A DNA stretch of 61,025 nucleotides, the filler included, from Sluysia triapertura (lineage: Eukaryota), in NCBI GenBank assembly GCA_046118255.1. It is 3 parts of 3 records of this genome, joined end to end, with 100 filler letters (N's around TTAATTAATTAA, not from the genome) between each part and the next. Parts side by side here need not be neighbours in the genome. Positions count along the whole stretch, not along the records: positions 1 to 27,035 come from JBJNIA010088685.1; 2 more parts are not named here. The stretch is one strand, 5' to 3'. The position numbers were made by a program, and so were the translations under genes. The notes beneath the pieces were generated by a model. The model ran no database searches. It was not told where the DNA came from and saw nothing but the letters and a program-made list of their open reading frames with translations. Shown one piece after another: positions 1-12,992 of the stretch (the first letter of the stretch is position 1; every line of letters starts with the position of its first letter).

Positions 1-1005
1 CTAAGTTGCAGGCAGTATCTTAGAAGAAATTATGGAGGTACTCAATCAGATTCTTCTTAGTAGAACTTGACAATCTTAGTGATAAGATAATGTGAAAAAA
101 CTTAATAATTGCGTTTTACACGAGATGGTTTATGCTTAATGCAGAAGTCAATTATACTTATGTTAATTCCTTAAAAAATTTAATAAATTTTTCTTGTCGG
201 TTATTTAGGTAGCAAATAAAAGTTAATTAACTGAAAATTATCAAAAATTATAAAAAAAACTTCAAGAATATTTTGCCTGTATTTTTTGCGTACTTTTATC
301 CAACTGTTTCAATATTTTAACGTGAAAATTACCTCTGATTAAAATCGGGAACCTTAAGATTATTGACTAAAATTAAAATCAAGATGAAGGTGTTTATTAA
401 CAAAATATATGAAGTTAGAATACAAAATATATATAATTATAAAATTTTAAGAGATTTTACCACCTTCTTAAAAAAGGGGTTTTCAAAAACAAAGATGTTA
501 AAACAATTGATTTTACTAACAATTAAAATAGTGTCAACTTATAACAATAACTAACGGATTTAATATTAAATAATATATTCGCAAATAGGTTCCTCAGCAA
601 AATCTTCGTAAAATTATCCGCAGTGATACTCTGACGAATTTTGTTTGATACTCCTTACACAAATGAAATTCCAACCAAAAAATCAGCTTTTTGCAAGATT
701 TGTAAAATTATTTTAATCTTGTTAATCGTGTGCCTTTAAAAATTTGTGTAGTTTTTATTTATAAGAAATGGTCACCTTGACCTACATTTTATTTGATTTA
801 AATAAACAATTTAAATAAATGATTTTAATAAATAATATAATAGTAATAATAATAATAATACCAAATTAAAAATTATTAAATTAAAAAATTATTTTTTAAA
901 TTAAAATATTTATTATTATTTTTAAAATTAAGTATTATTTAAAATATTTATTTTTAGTTACTAAAATATATTTAAAAATCTATTTTTATACATTATTATA
1001 TACAT

Positions 1006-1085
1006 ACAAAATCGTTTTGTAAAAATCGATTGATTAGTTATTATAACAAAATCGTTTTGTAAAAATCTATTGATTAGTTATTATA
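1006..1085. repeat. 40-bp direct tandem duplication
   Basis: acaaaatcgttttgtaaaaatc(g/t)attgattagttattata at 1006-1045 and 1046-1085, one mismatch. Confidence 0.9.
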
Positions 1086-1098
1086 AATCTATTTTTAG

Positions 1099-1577
1099 AT
1101 GGAATTATATACAAAACTACATTGACAGAATTATGGGATGAAACTCGTTCTCAGATTATTTCATATGACCAAGTGATGTTAAAAGAATTAAAAAGTGTAA
1201 CAAAATTTGAAACCAATACTGATGATACATTACAATCATAAATTACAATCCTGATGTTTAATGTACTTCATGATGAAAACGCGGGACTTCGTCTAAATGG
1301 AGATGATTACCAGTATATTCATCGAAACACTGAAGATATGGAACGTCGCTATTACTTACCATGCATGTATGAGACGTCAGATACTAGTCAATGTCTTTGA
1401 AACGGTGAACATTGTATAAATCTACATGGTGTTAACGATTTACGACAACCGCTCGATGATGTCAAAAAAATTAATCATGCTTCTGAACATATTTTACTAG
1501 CTACTTTAGAAACAAAACGAACTCTAGCAAGTTCTTCGATCAGTGGCCATACAATTCAAAATGATTCATTCTCTTGA
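1099..1577 (+). pseudogene. Decayed exon-like reading frame of unknown family (~160 codons)
   Basis: After an acceptor-like tttttag (1097-98) one frame reads GIIYKTTLTELWDETRSQ...MFNVLHDENAGLRLNGDDYQYIHRNTEDMERRYYLPC... with only two internal stops (1239, 1398); higher complexity than the flanks. Confidence 0.4.
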
Positions 1578-1905
1578 TAATGCTATGTATAACATAAATT
1601 ATTATATTTTACAATTACTATTAGATTATAAAGATTATATTTTCCTTATTTTAAGTGAAATAAACAGCGTATGGACCTCAACCTTTTCAAGTATAAATCA
1701 ACTTTTATTATTATCCAAATTATGCGTTAGAAAACAAGTTTTTATTAAATCCATGATTTTTTTCTTTAGTAAATGTGTTAGACGTTATTTTAATATCTTT
1801 TTACATGTAAATATATTAAAAAGATTTAATAAAATGAATTTAATTCAAACATATAAATTGATTTTCAATAATGTCAAAACTTTAAAACTTTTCAAACATA
1901 TCCAA

Positions 1906-2010
1906 AGACTTCATTAAATGAACTGACTGGGATTCGAACTCGGGCCTTCTTAACTCACAACTGTTTAGTTCGATGATCTGTCTGCTAAGCTATCTGCACC
2001 GCCTAACAAT
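1906..2010 (-). repeat. tRNA-like repeat, copy A (partial)
   Basis: Reverse complement has A-box-like gatagcttagcagac, B-box gagttcgaatccc and 3' cagtcagttcatttaatgaagtct, shared with copies B and D. Confidence 0.7.
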
Positions 2011-2129
2011 TTTATTTTTAATACTATTTTATTTTTTACACTACCAATTACATAAATAATGTTGGACAGGCCATACCATGTAATTGTCAGGTTATTATTG
2101 TTTGCTTAATTCCCAAAGAATGTTATGAT

Positions 2130-2345
2130 TGTTGAGGTACAGGCCTAAAAAGAGCACGTTGGAATAATTGACTATAATAAAGTAATTGACTATAATAAAA
2201 TAAAATGATAGCTAAGTGGCCAGAGCATCGAACTGCACAGCTGTGAGGCGAGAGAGCCCAGATTCAAATCTCGGTCAATCCATTTAATGAAATCTAACAT
2301 GATGATTGTTAAACTCAAGAGTGATTGAGTGATGAGAAATTACAT
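2130..2345 (+). repeat. tRNA-like repeat, copy B (starts TGTTG)
   Basis: tgttgaggtacaggcctaaaa...ttgactataataa...gatagctaagtggccagagcatcgaactgcac...cccagattcaaatctcggtcaatcca; inverted relative to copy A. Confidence 0.75.
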
Positions 2346-4108
2346 TTTGTATTGTAATGTGAATATATTGTTAGTGATTCCACTTTGTTAATTTATAAGT
2401 TTGAATATATTATTTTTAGAGAATTCTCCTTGCTAATTTAAAATAAATTGGAAAATATTTTAGTATTTGATATATCATTTTTATTAGTTGTTTGGTTACT
2501 TATGTGATGATAAATCATTGTTGCTCTGATTATCTAGTAATTGTTTGATCTACATTTTAATTTTTGTTGGTTACAATATTGTAGAAAATTTTTATTTTTG
2601 ACTTTATATATATATATATGTATATATATATTATCAAATTAAAACTAAATAACTAAATAAATTTAAAATCTCGATATATTCTCCAATATTATCACAAGTT
2701 TACAACAATAATAAATCGTCTCTGTTTATAAACTTCAAATTATAAATCTTTTAATATTAACAAATCACTACCAGTGGTGATACAACTTGTCTAATGTTGA
2801 CGCCCGTATTAATCAAACAAACACGTCACTAGCCCTTATTCCTATGTTCCTATAATGCTTTACTTTAGCCGTTTGATAAAGAATAAGCTTCAATTTCTGT
2901 ATTATCCACTGGTGAATTGAAGCAGCGTCCCTGGAGCTAGAAAGTTTTTGTCTTCTTTTGCTGATATAAAGCTTTGACTCTATTTATTTTTATGTCTAAA
3001 TTTTTGCTGAAATTTTATCGTGATTTAGGAAATTGAAATTTAGAAATTGAACAAGACGGAAATTAAAGCTGTCTATTCTTTTTAGTCGGTCATAAGCCGA
3101 CCAATTTTAGTGATTGAATTTCCACAGCAATTTCAGTTTATGTCCAATTTCATTATCTTTCTAATTATCTAGAAAGATAATTATCCCCATATCTTTTCAA
3201 TATAATTAAGTTAAAATTTAATATCATTATTTTATTGTTATTGTATTGACAGCGCAAGTTATTAACTCAATTTAAGGATAAGATTAATGGAATAATGAAT
3301 GTATTTTTCTGTAGAAATCTTTTGTATAATACGATATGCGTCAACTGTACGTTGCACTTCAAGTTCAATAACATATTTGAATTAGGATCTTTATAAACAT
3401 CAATTTGATGTATACTTTATTAATATTTAAATATAGGAACGTATTTTAAATTATAACAATTAATTAAAATGACTAATTTTTACGTTGACCTGCTTCGTAA
3501 TACTTCATCATTAAACCATTAATAAAACTCATAATCATACACTAAATCTAATATCATTATATAACGCGCAAACATTTTTTTATTGAGTTATCAAATTAAA
3601 CAAATTTTACTTAAATTAATTAACAAATGTACTTTAATATTGTACAAATGAAACCTTGTACATGGTTATTTCTTCATATTTTCTTATTCTTTTGTTTTGG
3701 TCCAAGTATTTCATATGCTTATTTTGCCATTACAATTTTTTAACTACAATATCTTAATTCTTTAATGATATTTATTTTATTGTGTTCTGCAGCCTCCTGC
3801 AATTAAAACGAAACTTAATTAAATTTAATTAAAAATAAACAGAATAATTTAAATCAAACAAATATTCGAAATGAACTTAAAAATAAACAGGAAATAATTA
3901 ACGAGAACTGCAAAATAAAACGAATTACCAATTAATTGAACGAAATGAAAATGCTTTAGAATAATGAAAAATAATCAGAAAGCACATTAAATTAAAATTA
4001 ATATTTAATTTGCAAATATGGAGTATACACAAGAAAGGGTATATAAAGAAAAACTTAATTCAGAATCACTCAATAATTAAAAAGTTAATTTTTAAAGTAT
4101 TGAAATTA

Positions 4109-4230
4109 CTTTCGCTTCGCAACTGTGCGTGTTCGATACTGTGACCATGAGCTATGAGCCCCGTCAATTGATAATTTTCGATTATTATAGTCAGTTATAC
4201 TAAGTGGCACTTTAGGTCCGTACCTCAACA
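4109..4230 (-). repeat. tRNA-like repeat, copy C (5' part)
   Basis: Reverse complement tgttgaggtacggacctaaagtgcc...tgactataataa...ggggctcatagctcatggtcacagtatcgaacacgcacagttgcg matches copy B. Confidence 0.75.
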
Positions 4231-4585
4231 ATTTATTCAAGTTGTCTTCGTTCAGATATCAATCGTGCAGTATAAGCGGACCTATAAATATAATATATTT
4301 TGCTGATAAGTTAAAGTCATCAAAACCTTTTTAAAATTACAACTCAACAACAAAAAACAACTTACAATATTTATTTAAGTCTATTTTCGTAAAAAGAAAT
4401 CTTATTTTCTAAAAATGAAAATTCCTTACTAAAAAAGTTGGCTTATGTAAATAGCTTCAGTTAGTCATAAACAATTGTTGAGATTGGTGAAGGATAAAGG
4501 TAGATGTAAAGGTCAAGACTCAGGACAACAGATTAAAATAAACATCATTGAAGAATTGAAATAAGATATTATGGTGAAATGTAAT

Positions 4586-4940
4586 TGTTGCGTCTTTACA
4601 AATCATCAATTACTATAAATCCATATTAATTCAATTAGCTTAAGAGGAATCTCAATTATTCAAGTACTACCTAAATCAAGTTTAAGTATTCAAACATTCT
4701 CTTATTTAATATCAATAATTATTTACCTCGAAATTAAGCCCTTGGTAATCAAATCAACAATAACTACACAATAATTTACTATTAAACAATAAAAAAATAC
4801 AACCTATTATTATTATGAATCTCCACTAAACAATATTAAAACTGACTAAAAAGATTAATAATAACGTTTATAATGATATTAAAGACACTACAATATAACT
4901 AAAGTGACGCTGTAGACACTAAAAATATCAATCTAGAAAG
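4586..4940 (+). mobile_element. ~340-bp solo-LTR/MITE-like repeat, copy 1
   Basis: Starts tgttgcgtct and is colinear with 18500-18867 over its whole length; right terminus degraded (gtgacgctgta). Confidence 0.75.
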
Positions 4941-5019
4941 TTTTAAAAAATAATAATATTGTTTAATTATTTCCAAATAATCTTAACCTAAATTAATATC
5001 GAATGAATATTATATAAAA

Positions 5020-5338
5020 AAATTTTTGGCAGGGATCCTCCCAAAAATCAAAATTTTTAATGGCTAAAGAAAAAATTAAGAATTAAAAGTACTTATAATT
5101 AAATATATATTTCAAAAATAATAACCCACAAAGTAAAATTCACTTTATTTATTACTGACTTAAAAATGTTCTAATCAATATTATATTTTCAAAATATTTT
5201 TATTTTAACTGCTGTCAAAATAAATTTGGGCAGGGACTCTCCAAAAAGTCAAATTTATTAATGCTAAAAAAATTAAGAATTAAAATTAAGATAATAATTA
5301 AATATATATTTCAAAATAGTAACCCAACAAGGTAAAAC
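5020..5338. repeat. Diverged tandem duplication, ~200-bp period
   Basis: aaattt(t/g)ggcaggga..ctcc.aaaa.tcaaa...aaaaaattaagaattaaaa...taattaaatatatatttcaaaa...taaccca occurs at ~5020-5140 and ~5222-5338. Confidence 0.8.
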
Positions 5339-7329
5339 CTATTAAAAATAACTTTAAATGACTTTAAAAAATGGCTTGAAAACTATCATGTAAATATCTT
5401 CCCCCAATACAAATTATCTATTTATTCTATTTTCATTTTATTTAAAATAATAAAAGTAAAAATAAATAAAAGATTACCATATACATCAATCTTCACTGCA
5501 GGCAGGATTTTATAAATGCGTGATTGTATTGTAAAAATTTAAAATTTTTTAAATCTCATCATCCAATCAATCCCAAGTCTCACAATCAAACTCCCTCTCA
5601 CACAAATCATCCAAATCTCTTTGAGAATCAAACCGACAATAACAACTTTGACAGTTACATGGTATGGTCTGTCAAACTTCATTAGGTACCAAACATAGAA
5701 ATTTGATTTATTATCAATCATCATTTCCTTTTACTTTGCTCAATTTATTTTTACTTAAATTACTTATCACATTAAAATAACAATCAACTATATTGTTAAC
5801 ATACATAAAAATAATGAATTTAATTTCACTTTCTATTACTTAATTAATTTTCTATTTTTCACACCCAATTTTCTAATGAAAAATGTTTTAAGGTTGTTAT
5901 TGTCAAACAAACCATTCTACAAACATTTCGAGCGCAAATGTAGATTCTCCTCTTTCATAGCAATCATCTCATATTCTATTCATCACATTTGCATCACTCT
6001 AAGTATAAAAAATTCAACATTTCATAATTAAAAAATAATTAAAATTTGACTTTGCTCAATATTAAGGCTTTCCTTGCATGAACTCAGTCAAACCATACCT
6101 TCATTAAAAGGTATTTTCAAAACAAATTCATACAAAATTAACACTTTTGGTATAGCATTGCGTATTCAAACGTTATTCACAAAACATACTTTTCTTAATT
6201 AAGTTAATTACGATTTTTAAACGTAATCTTATTTTTATGTTTAAAGGTTTTATTAAGGTTCTAAAATTGTTTAGTACTTTATTAGGCGTTAAGGAGGTTC
6301 CAGATGCTTTAAACTTATTTTAATGATTTTATTTCTCCAATAATTTAAAGATTTCAACTACTTTTAAGGTTACTTAAAAATCTCAAATACATATCGAGGT
6401 CTCAAAGATTCTCAAAAGTTTATAATGTCATAGATGATCTCAAGATTCATAAGTTCAAAGATACATTAATGCTTCTAAAAGTTTTCTAATCTATCTCAAG
6501 CTCCCATAAGGTTTTTGGAACTCCAAGGTATTCTTAAGCTGTTAACATTACTATAAATTCTTTCATCTTCATGATTTTTACTCCAACAAAGTTTATAATG
6601 TTCTAACCATCACTTTGAATCAATTCTTCCTTCTTTTTGAGTTTCTCACTCATCTGCTGATTCACAGTTTGGAAGTCCCAAAAGTATCTTGTTATTGTGT
6701 ATTTAGTGAAAAAATTTATAATTGAGACTAATAGTTAAGTTGAATAACAGAAGTCTTGCAAAAGATTATTAAGAGCTTTGAATTTAATTTAACCTAATTT
6801 AAGTAAAGATGCAATATTACCAATGAAATTTAAATTGGCATCCATGATGGTATGATGGTAAAATGATGACGACAGTGATGGCAGTGATGATAATGCTGTA
6901 GTTTTAACTTAAATGAAACCTACTTAGCAAAATAGATAAGATGAGTTCGGCTAATTAGAGACGTTTTATATCAAAACAATGACGACGGTCTAATTAATCT
7001 TAAGTTATTTTCTTTATTCCTAATGACATTTAGAAATAAGAATGTTGGCATAATTATTTTATAAGCAGTTAACAAAATTTGAGAGTTAAGACAGCCTTTT
7101 TACGGCCTTTCAATATAAAAATTTATTTTATAAATTGAATCAGCCTTTTAAGTCATAAAGTTATATTATTCACAAAAATAAATCCTTCACAAATTATTAC
7201 AAAAACAAAAAATATAAATAAAATTTGTATAATAACTTTACGCTTAAGGATTATGCGTTTAAGAAATTGAGAGTTTAAAATTACAAATTTACCTATAAAT
7301 TTATGGTAAATTATATATTTGTTAAGGGC

Positions 7330-7747
7330 GATTTTAACATTTGAAGTTAAAATCATAAATTTCGCATTAATTTATAGTTTTTTTACGTACCCGATATATT
7401 GAAGGGTAAACTCTACGTAAACTTTATTAGAACTAGATTAAACGCTAACGGAGCTTTAATCTTTAAATTATTTATTTTATTTTTGAATTCTCTAATATTA
7501 AGTGATTTGAATTTTATTGTGTTTTTTTAATAAAAGGATTGATATTTTTACCTTATTTAATTATTTAATATTAGTGAGTGACTATAAGATCCTCCACATT
7601 AATTTGTTAGTTAGATACGTTACTTTTTAAGTGATCTTTTAACTTATTAGTTACAGAAGCGCCAACGATATGTTGTAAGACGTTTTTGTAACCGGACCCT
7701 GCTCAAAAATATTTTGCCGTAGGTTAAGTGTTAGAAAAACCACAGCA
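7330..7747 (+). mobile_element. LTR-like repeat (family ending ...AAAACCACA)
   Basis: 7330-7460 matches 41718-41830 (cgatatattga.gggtaaa...acgtaaa...tagattaaa.gct..cgg.gctttaatc). 7641-7747 matches 28066-28164, 29812-29907 and the reverse of 51194-51266. Confidence 0.6.
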
Positions 7748-10700
7748 TTATCATTATTATTAAAGTAAAATTTATTTCTAATTTAGAAATCATATATTAA
7801 CATAAAGATAATTTTATTTACATTTCAGAGATATGAAAGGCTTTTAAGTACCTTTTACTAGATATTCATATCGTATAATTTAATATATTAAATTAACAAA
7901 AGATTTATTAACTACTTAAATGAAATAAAATAAAACTAATATAGCTTAATAATTTTATGACAACTTTAAAGAAATATCTTAAAAGTTCTGAAATATGTGA
8001 TTATAAGATCACAACAATAGATTTCATGGAATGTAGTCTGGCTTCACCACAAAGTAAATAGGGTTTGATTCTATGTATTGAAATGTCTAGGATAAAAAGT
8101 TGAAAAATATATGTGTTTAAAATTTTGAGTGATTTCATTGAATTTAAATGAATGTTTTGCGTGTTTTGTATTAATAAAATTATAAATTTAGTTTTGAGCA
8201 ACCACAACAATACCATCTTGCATTTAACTCAAAAATATCACTTGCATTTTTTCCAAAAAATATCACTTCAATCAAGAGTAATGTTACACAACATATTTTA
8301 ATTAATCTAATTGAGTTAATTAACAAATATACTTTAATCCATTTTATATTTTAAGGTTTTCATAGTCTTTTTGGTATGCTGAAAATATAATACATAAACA
8401 ATATCTCATTACCATCTTTATTATCGTACGCAATTTACCCCTTCATTATCTTTGCAGTGTTTCAATCATGCACTATAATCTCGTTTTTGCTTATATATAT
8501 AAATTCATACAAAGTCATTATTCAAGTCATACATAATTTACATATAAAACATTTTCTACATATCTCTACTTCAACATACTCAATACAATAAAATATATTT
8601 AAGTTATTAAACGTTAAAATTATCAGCTATTGTACACAAAAATTATATTATATCAAATAAACGTCACACATTATTAATTCATTGTACTCAACACAATTCA
8701 TGAATTATAAGCTTCAAACCACAAAATCTTATAATAAAATCAAATTAACTATATCAAATTATAATAACCAAACATGTTAATATTATGCTTTTTGTTGTAC
8801 GAATCCTCATGATCGCCATTATCAATTTCAAGTATTGAATAATCAGGACTCCAAATTCTACGTAATAAATGAATGTTTTGTTAAAAATTATGTTATTAAA
8901 AAATTCATTTCTATTCAAAATTAGGTTTTAATTAAAATTATATATCAATTAAAAATTATTTATTAATTAATAAATCACGCATTATTTTTGTTTGAATGCG
9001 TAATTACTTCCTTATTGAAATTATAATTTTCTTATTTTTCCTTTATTATTTTTATTATAATTTATTTTAATTTTACTAAATTTTTAGTATTCAAAATTAT
9101 CCCATTTAATTTTATTATTATATATTATACAATTATTATTATATAATTTATTATAATTTTATTATATTTTTGCGTTTTTTCAAAATAGCCAGATACATTA
9201 TTCATAATAGAAACTAATGAAACTTTAATTTCAAATATTATGAGTTTTCTTATTCAAGTCTTAAATAGATTTAGAATAAATTATGACGCTGTTAGAGACA
9301 AAACATGCCTCAGAAATAACGTCGACACAGATGAAACATTTCTCAAAATTGAATCTGTGAAGGATTCTATAGAAATTCAAAATATCAGTAATTTTGAAAA
9401 TTGTTCTCAACCAGATAAATGAATGTTTTGGAAAATTGTTGATTATATTTATTGTATGTTATATAATGCTGCTTATTGCTTAATTTGAACGATAAATTAA
9501 AACATTATAATGAACGTTTACTTACTGAATTTCCATGTTTCTTTTTTCAAAATTTTCAGACAAAGAGTTATCGAGCAAAATGTGTAAAGTCTGTTGCACA
9601 TTTGACAATTGTGAAACATGTAACCACACGTGCAATGTGGTGATGCAGCCTCTTAGATTACATGCATTATACCTACTCTAATCAGAAACCACATAGACTT
9701 CATCACAAAAACCACACTAAAGTAAAGTTCACCCGTAATCCTTTCATCATTAACAAAGCATAGACGCATAATAAAACCTCTAATACTTTATTAATATTTT
9801 GTTTATTAACATCCAAGTAACATTTATCGTCATTTTATCATCACTCCAACACCATTCTTTTAGTGTATTTTATTTGTGCACGAATTAAATGTTTATCGGT
9901 GATACAATTTTTTATAGACGAATAATTTTATTGAATTTCATAATGATGGATAATTTTTCGTAACTTCTACTGAAATTAACAGTCCGTTAAGTATTTAAAT
10001 AAGAAGATTCCATCAAGCGAAAATGGATGGCTAAGGAAAAGCATAAATACGAGAAACAGTAAGAAAAAGAATTAATAATCGCTCGAAAAGCTGAACAAAA
10101 TGTAATTAATAAGAATAAGAAAAGAAAAGGATAAATATAAATAATAAAGAAATTTACTTTTTGTTTAAATATTAAGCTGAAAAATGTAATTTAATATTCA
10201 TAATTTTTACAATTTTATATCGTATATCGTTAACGAAATATTTTCCTTTTACGTTTAAATTATACAGTTTTGTATTTCGAATAATACTTTATGAATAACA
10301 TAACAGTTTTTACGAGCAATATTATGAACTGGTCCGCTATTATAATGAAGAAATTTGAGGAGTTGTCAGAGAAGCTTTGCAGTGCATGTCAAGTTTCATA
10401 AAATACTCGAAGTCTTATTCATATGAAAAGAAATTTATTGGTGATATTACATATTCTGTGAAAAACATTTGAACTGCGATGGTGATATTCAAATTACTAT
10501 GAAAATATTTTTATTTCCTCGTGACGAAAGCGCAATTAAAAATGCATTTGAAAACATTTCAAAACAACCCCCAAATACAAAATTATCCAAGTTCCTGCCG
10601 GTCTGGCATTATCTAGAAAATGAAGTACAGGAAAATAAAATATGGTGTTTAGGTGTAACCACAATTGCGAGTTTTGTGTGATCATACAACTATAACTCCA

Positions 10701-11804
10701 AAAATAAATCAAGTTAATCATAACATGCTAAGTAACATTCCAAGCGATATTAAACAAGTCGCAAATGATCACGATATGGGATTGTTATCTCATTACGATG
10801 ATGCACCAAATAATGATCGAGATCGCAGTGCACATAGATTTGAACTCCTAAAGTGGATACATGGATTATATCGAATCTGCGTTACTAATATTACATTATT
10901 CTATTCTGATGAACTTGGAAAGGACTCTTGTTACCGTGCGGTTGTATCCGAAGCTATATTAAAACGTGAAACCAGCCAAGCCGGTTGGTTCTTGGTCAGT
11001 GATGCAGAAACGATTCAGAGATCGCAAAGTTCGAGAATTGAAGACCAAATTCAAATTGTATGGGTCCCTAAAGTCATTATATTCAGTGTAACTTAATTTG
11101 TTCTGATCTGATAAAACATATCTTAAACGAAGTTTCAAGCGAGGATTGTTTGAATTACGATATGCTGTTTATGTTTAAAGTCTTTAGTTGATGGAAAGGT
11201 AGTACTCCGACACTTTGTGAAAGACTTTAAACTTTTGGATGTGTACGCGACCTATCCGTCGTTACAAACGTGAGACTATTTTTTTGTTTTATAAATTTTG
11301 CTTGCGTTTCAAAAATGAGTTTAGTTGTATTATATTTGTATTCTAATATGAATTACTTGTCTTATCTTTACTTTATTCGCCCTCACAGGCAGAGAAAAAT
11401 TGTCATTAAGTGCCTTAAGCACGAATTTGTTAATAAAAGTTGTAAATATATAAATGTTAAATGCAATACGAACTATGATAATAAATTTAATGAATTATAT
11501 CAATTGAATAAGAACATTTATTTCTCCATAAAATATTTACAATTTAAAAATAACACTTTTTCTCCATATGCAACACTAAGAACATCGTGTAACATTAAAT
11601 TAATTAATTCCTAAGTCGATAGCAGTACTGTATTTTAAAAATGAAGCACAAAGACTAGGTAAAATTTTAACTTTGAATTCACGTGAATTAAAGACTAAAA
11701 GAGTATATTCTTGTGATATTTTGCAAGAAAAGATTAGTATTTTAATGAAACAAGCTTTTTAATGGTTCATGATGTGCTGGCCAACATCTCTACACAAAAT
11801 TTGT

Positions 11805-11916
11805 ATACATTATTCGTTGGATAATGCACAAGTGGTTCTGGTAGGAAATAAACGTGATTTGACTGAAGAGCGTACCGTCTCTACAAATAGAGGACAGCAG
11901 CTGGCAGATCAATTAG
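11805..11916 (+). pseudogene. RAB3: Rab3 GTPase fragment
   Basis: [36 protein letters not shown] closely follows Rab3 YSWDNAQVxLVGNKCDMEDERVVSxERGxQLADxL (NKxD/G4 motif); no G1-G3 or C-terminal exons seen nearby. Confidence 0.75.
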
Positions 11917-12082
11917 ATACATGGACAAGTTTTGCTTGTTCGACCAAGATGGAATTAGTGCAGTTGAAGAAAGTGAAGTAATGGCTAATTAGCCAACAGC
12001 AGAAAAATGCGATAAAATTTTAAAAAAGCAGATAAAGATGATAATCAAAAGATTACTATTCTTGAATATCAAACATGCCAAC

Positions 12083-12328
12083 GAATTTATAAAGAAACCT
12101 GTAACTCAAAAAGAAGTGAAACACGCGTTTGAAATATTTGACACTAAAAAAACTGGTACCCTTGATAGTAATAAATTAAAGGACATTATTTGCAGTCTTG
12201 GTAGTCGTTCAAGTAAATCAGAAATTAATGAAATGTTTCCATTGGTTAATTCAGATTAAGATGGAAAAATAAAATATCAAGAGTTTATTAAACATTTTGC
12301 ACAAAAGAGAAAATTTATGACTGAATGA
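12083..12328 (+). pseudogene. Calmodulin/centrin-like C-lobe EF-hand pair, disrupted
   Basis: EVKHAFEIFDTKKTGTLDSNKLKDIICSLG...EINEMFPLVNSD*DGKIKYQEF; in-frame TAA at 12257 inside the second EF loop. Confidence 0.75.
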
Positions 12329-12411
12329 TGTTAATTCAATGATTTATTTTAATTATGTTGCAGATTTGTTAGTTGATTATATTTATTGGTGAAATCAAGT
12401 AGTGATTAGAC

Positions 12412-12992
12412 ATGTTGAAAGAATCACAACAACCTCTCTACGCAATGAACGATTCTTCTTCCAACGGTCAGAAACATACAACAACCAACGAAACACAAAA
12501 CCTTCTGTTACAGGTTCAAAACCTAACAAAACAGGTTGCACACCTCACAAAAATTTTATTTTCAAAGTCAAGAGAGAACTCATCAACAAGGAGAGTAAGT
12601 TCTCCCACTTTCTCAACGAGTTCCTCTAACTCAAATTAATCTTTTAGAAATAGAAAACCCTTCAATGGAATCTGTTACTATCATAACAAATTCCAACAAG
12701 CTAAGTCTTGCTTATTGGGATGTAAATTCCCAAACAAATCAACAAATTTAACAATAGAAAACTTATGTATGTATCACGCACACTTTCAAAAAAGTTCTAA
12801 AAGATGCATGGATGGCTGAATTCATTTTAGAACTCTCAACCAAACACCAAAAAACTAAATTCGCTAACGGTCAAAGCGACTATACCGAAACAATTTGCAA
12901 TTAATGGTATTTTCATAGTGCCGCTCACCTTTACCGATTTCAAGTACACGAAATTGGATTTTCTAATAGACACTGGAGCTGCCGTGTCTGTA
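12412..12992 (+). mobile_element. Decayed Ty3/Gypsy (CsRn1-like) gag-protease
   Basis: One frame gives two CHCC knuckles (CYYHNKFQQAKSCLLGC; CMYHAHFQKSSKRCMDG*), then A-AAA-AAC-TAA at 12849-12858; the -1 frame is open to retropepsin FLIDTGAAVSV. Internal stops at 12637 and 12817. Confidence 0.85.

Noticed and set aside
2205-2285. Functional tRNA gene
   Set aside because: Anticodon and acceptor arms pair poorly and the copies diverge; treated as a repeat.
2900-3150. Tc1-like HTH start on minus strand (EIAVEIQSLKLVGL*PTK..ISAKLDIK)
   Set aside because: Needs an insertion and frameshifts to assemble; no DDE region seen.
363-9422. Short I/K/N/F/L-rich ORFs (363, 1543, 5539, 7153, 8001, 9240)
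   Set aside because: Composition reflects AT-rich non-coding DNA; no motifs or splice support.
10320-11270. Possible Gypsy integrase tail in the 10469/10665 ORFs
   Set aside because: Only vague resemblance (IVWVPK, DGKVVLRH); no catalytic motifs, so left unassigned.
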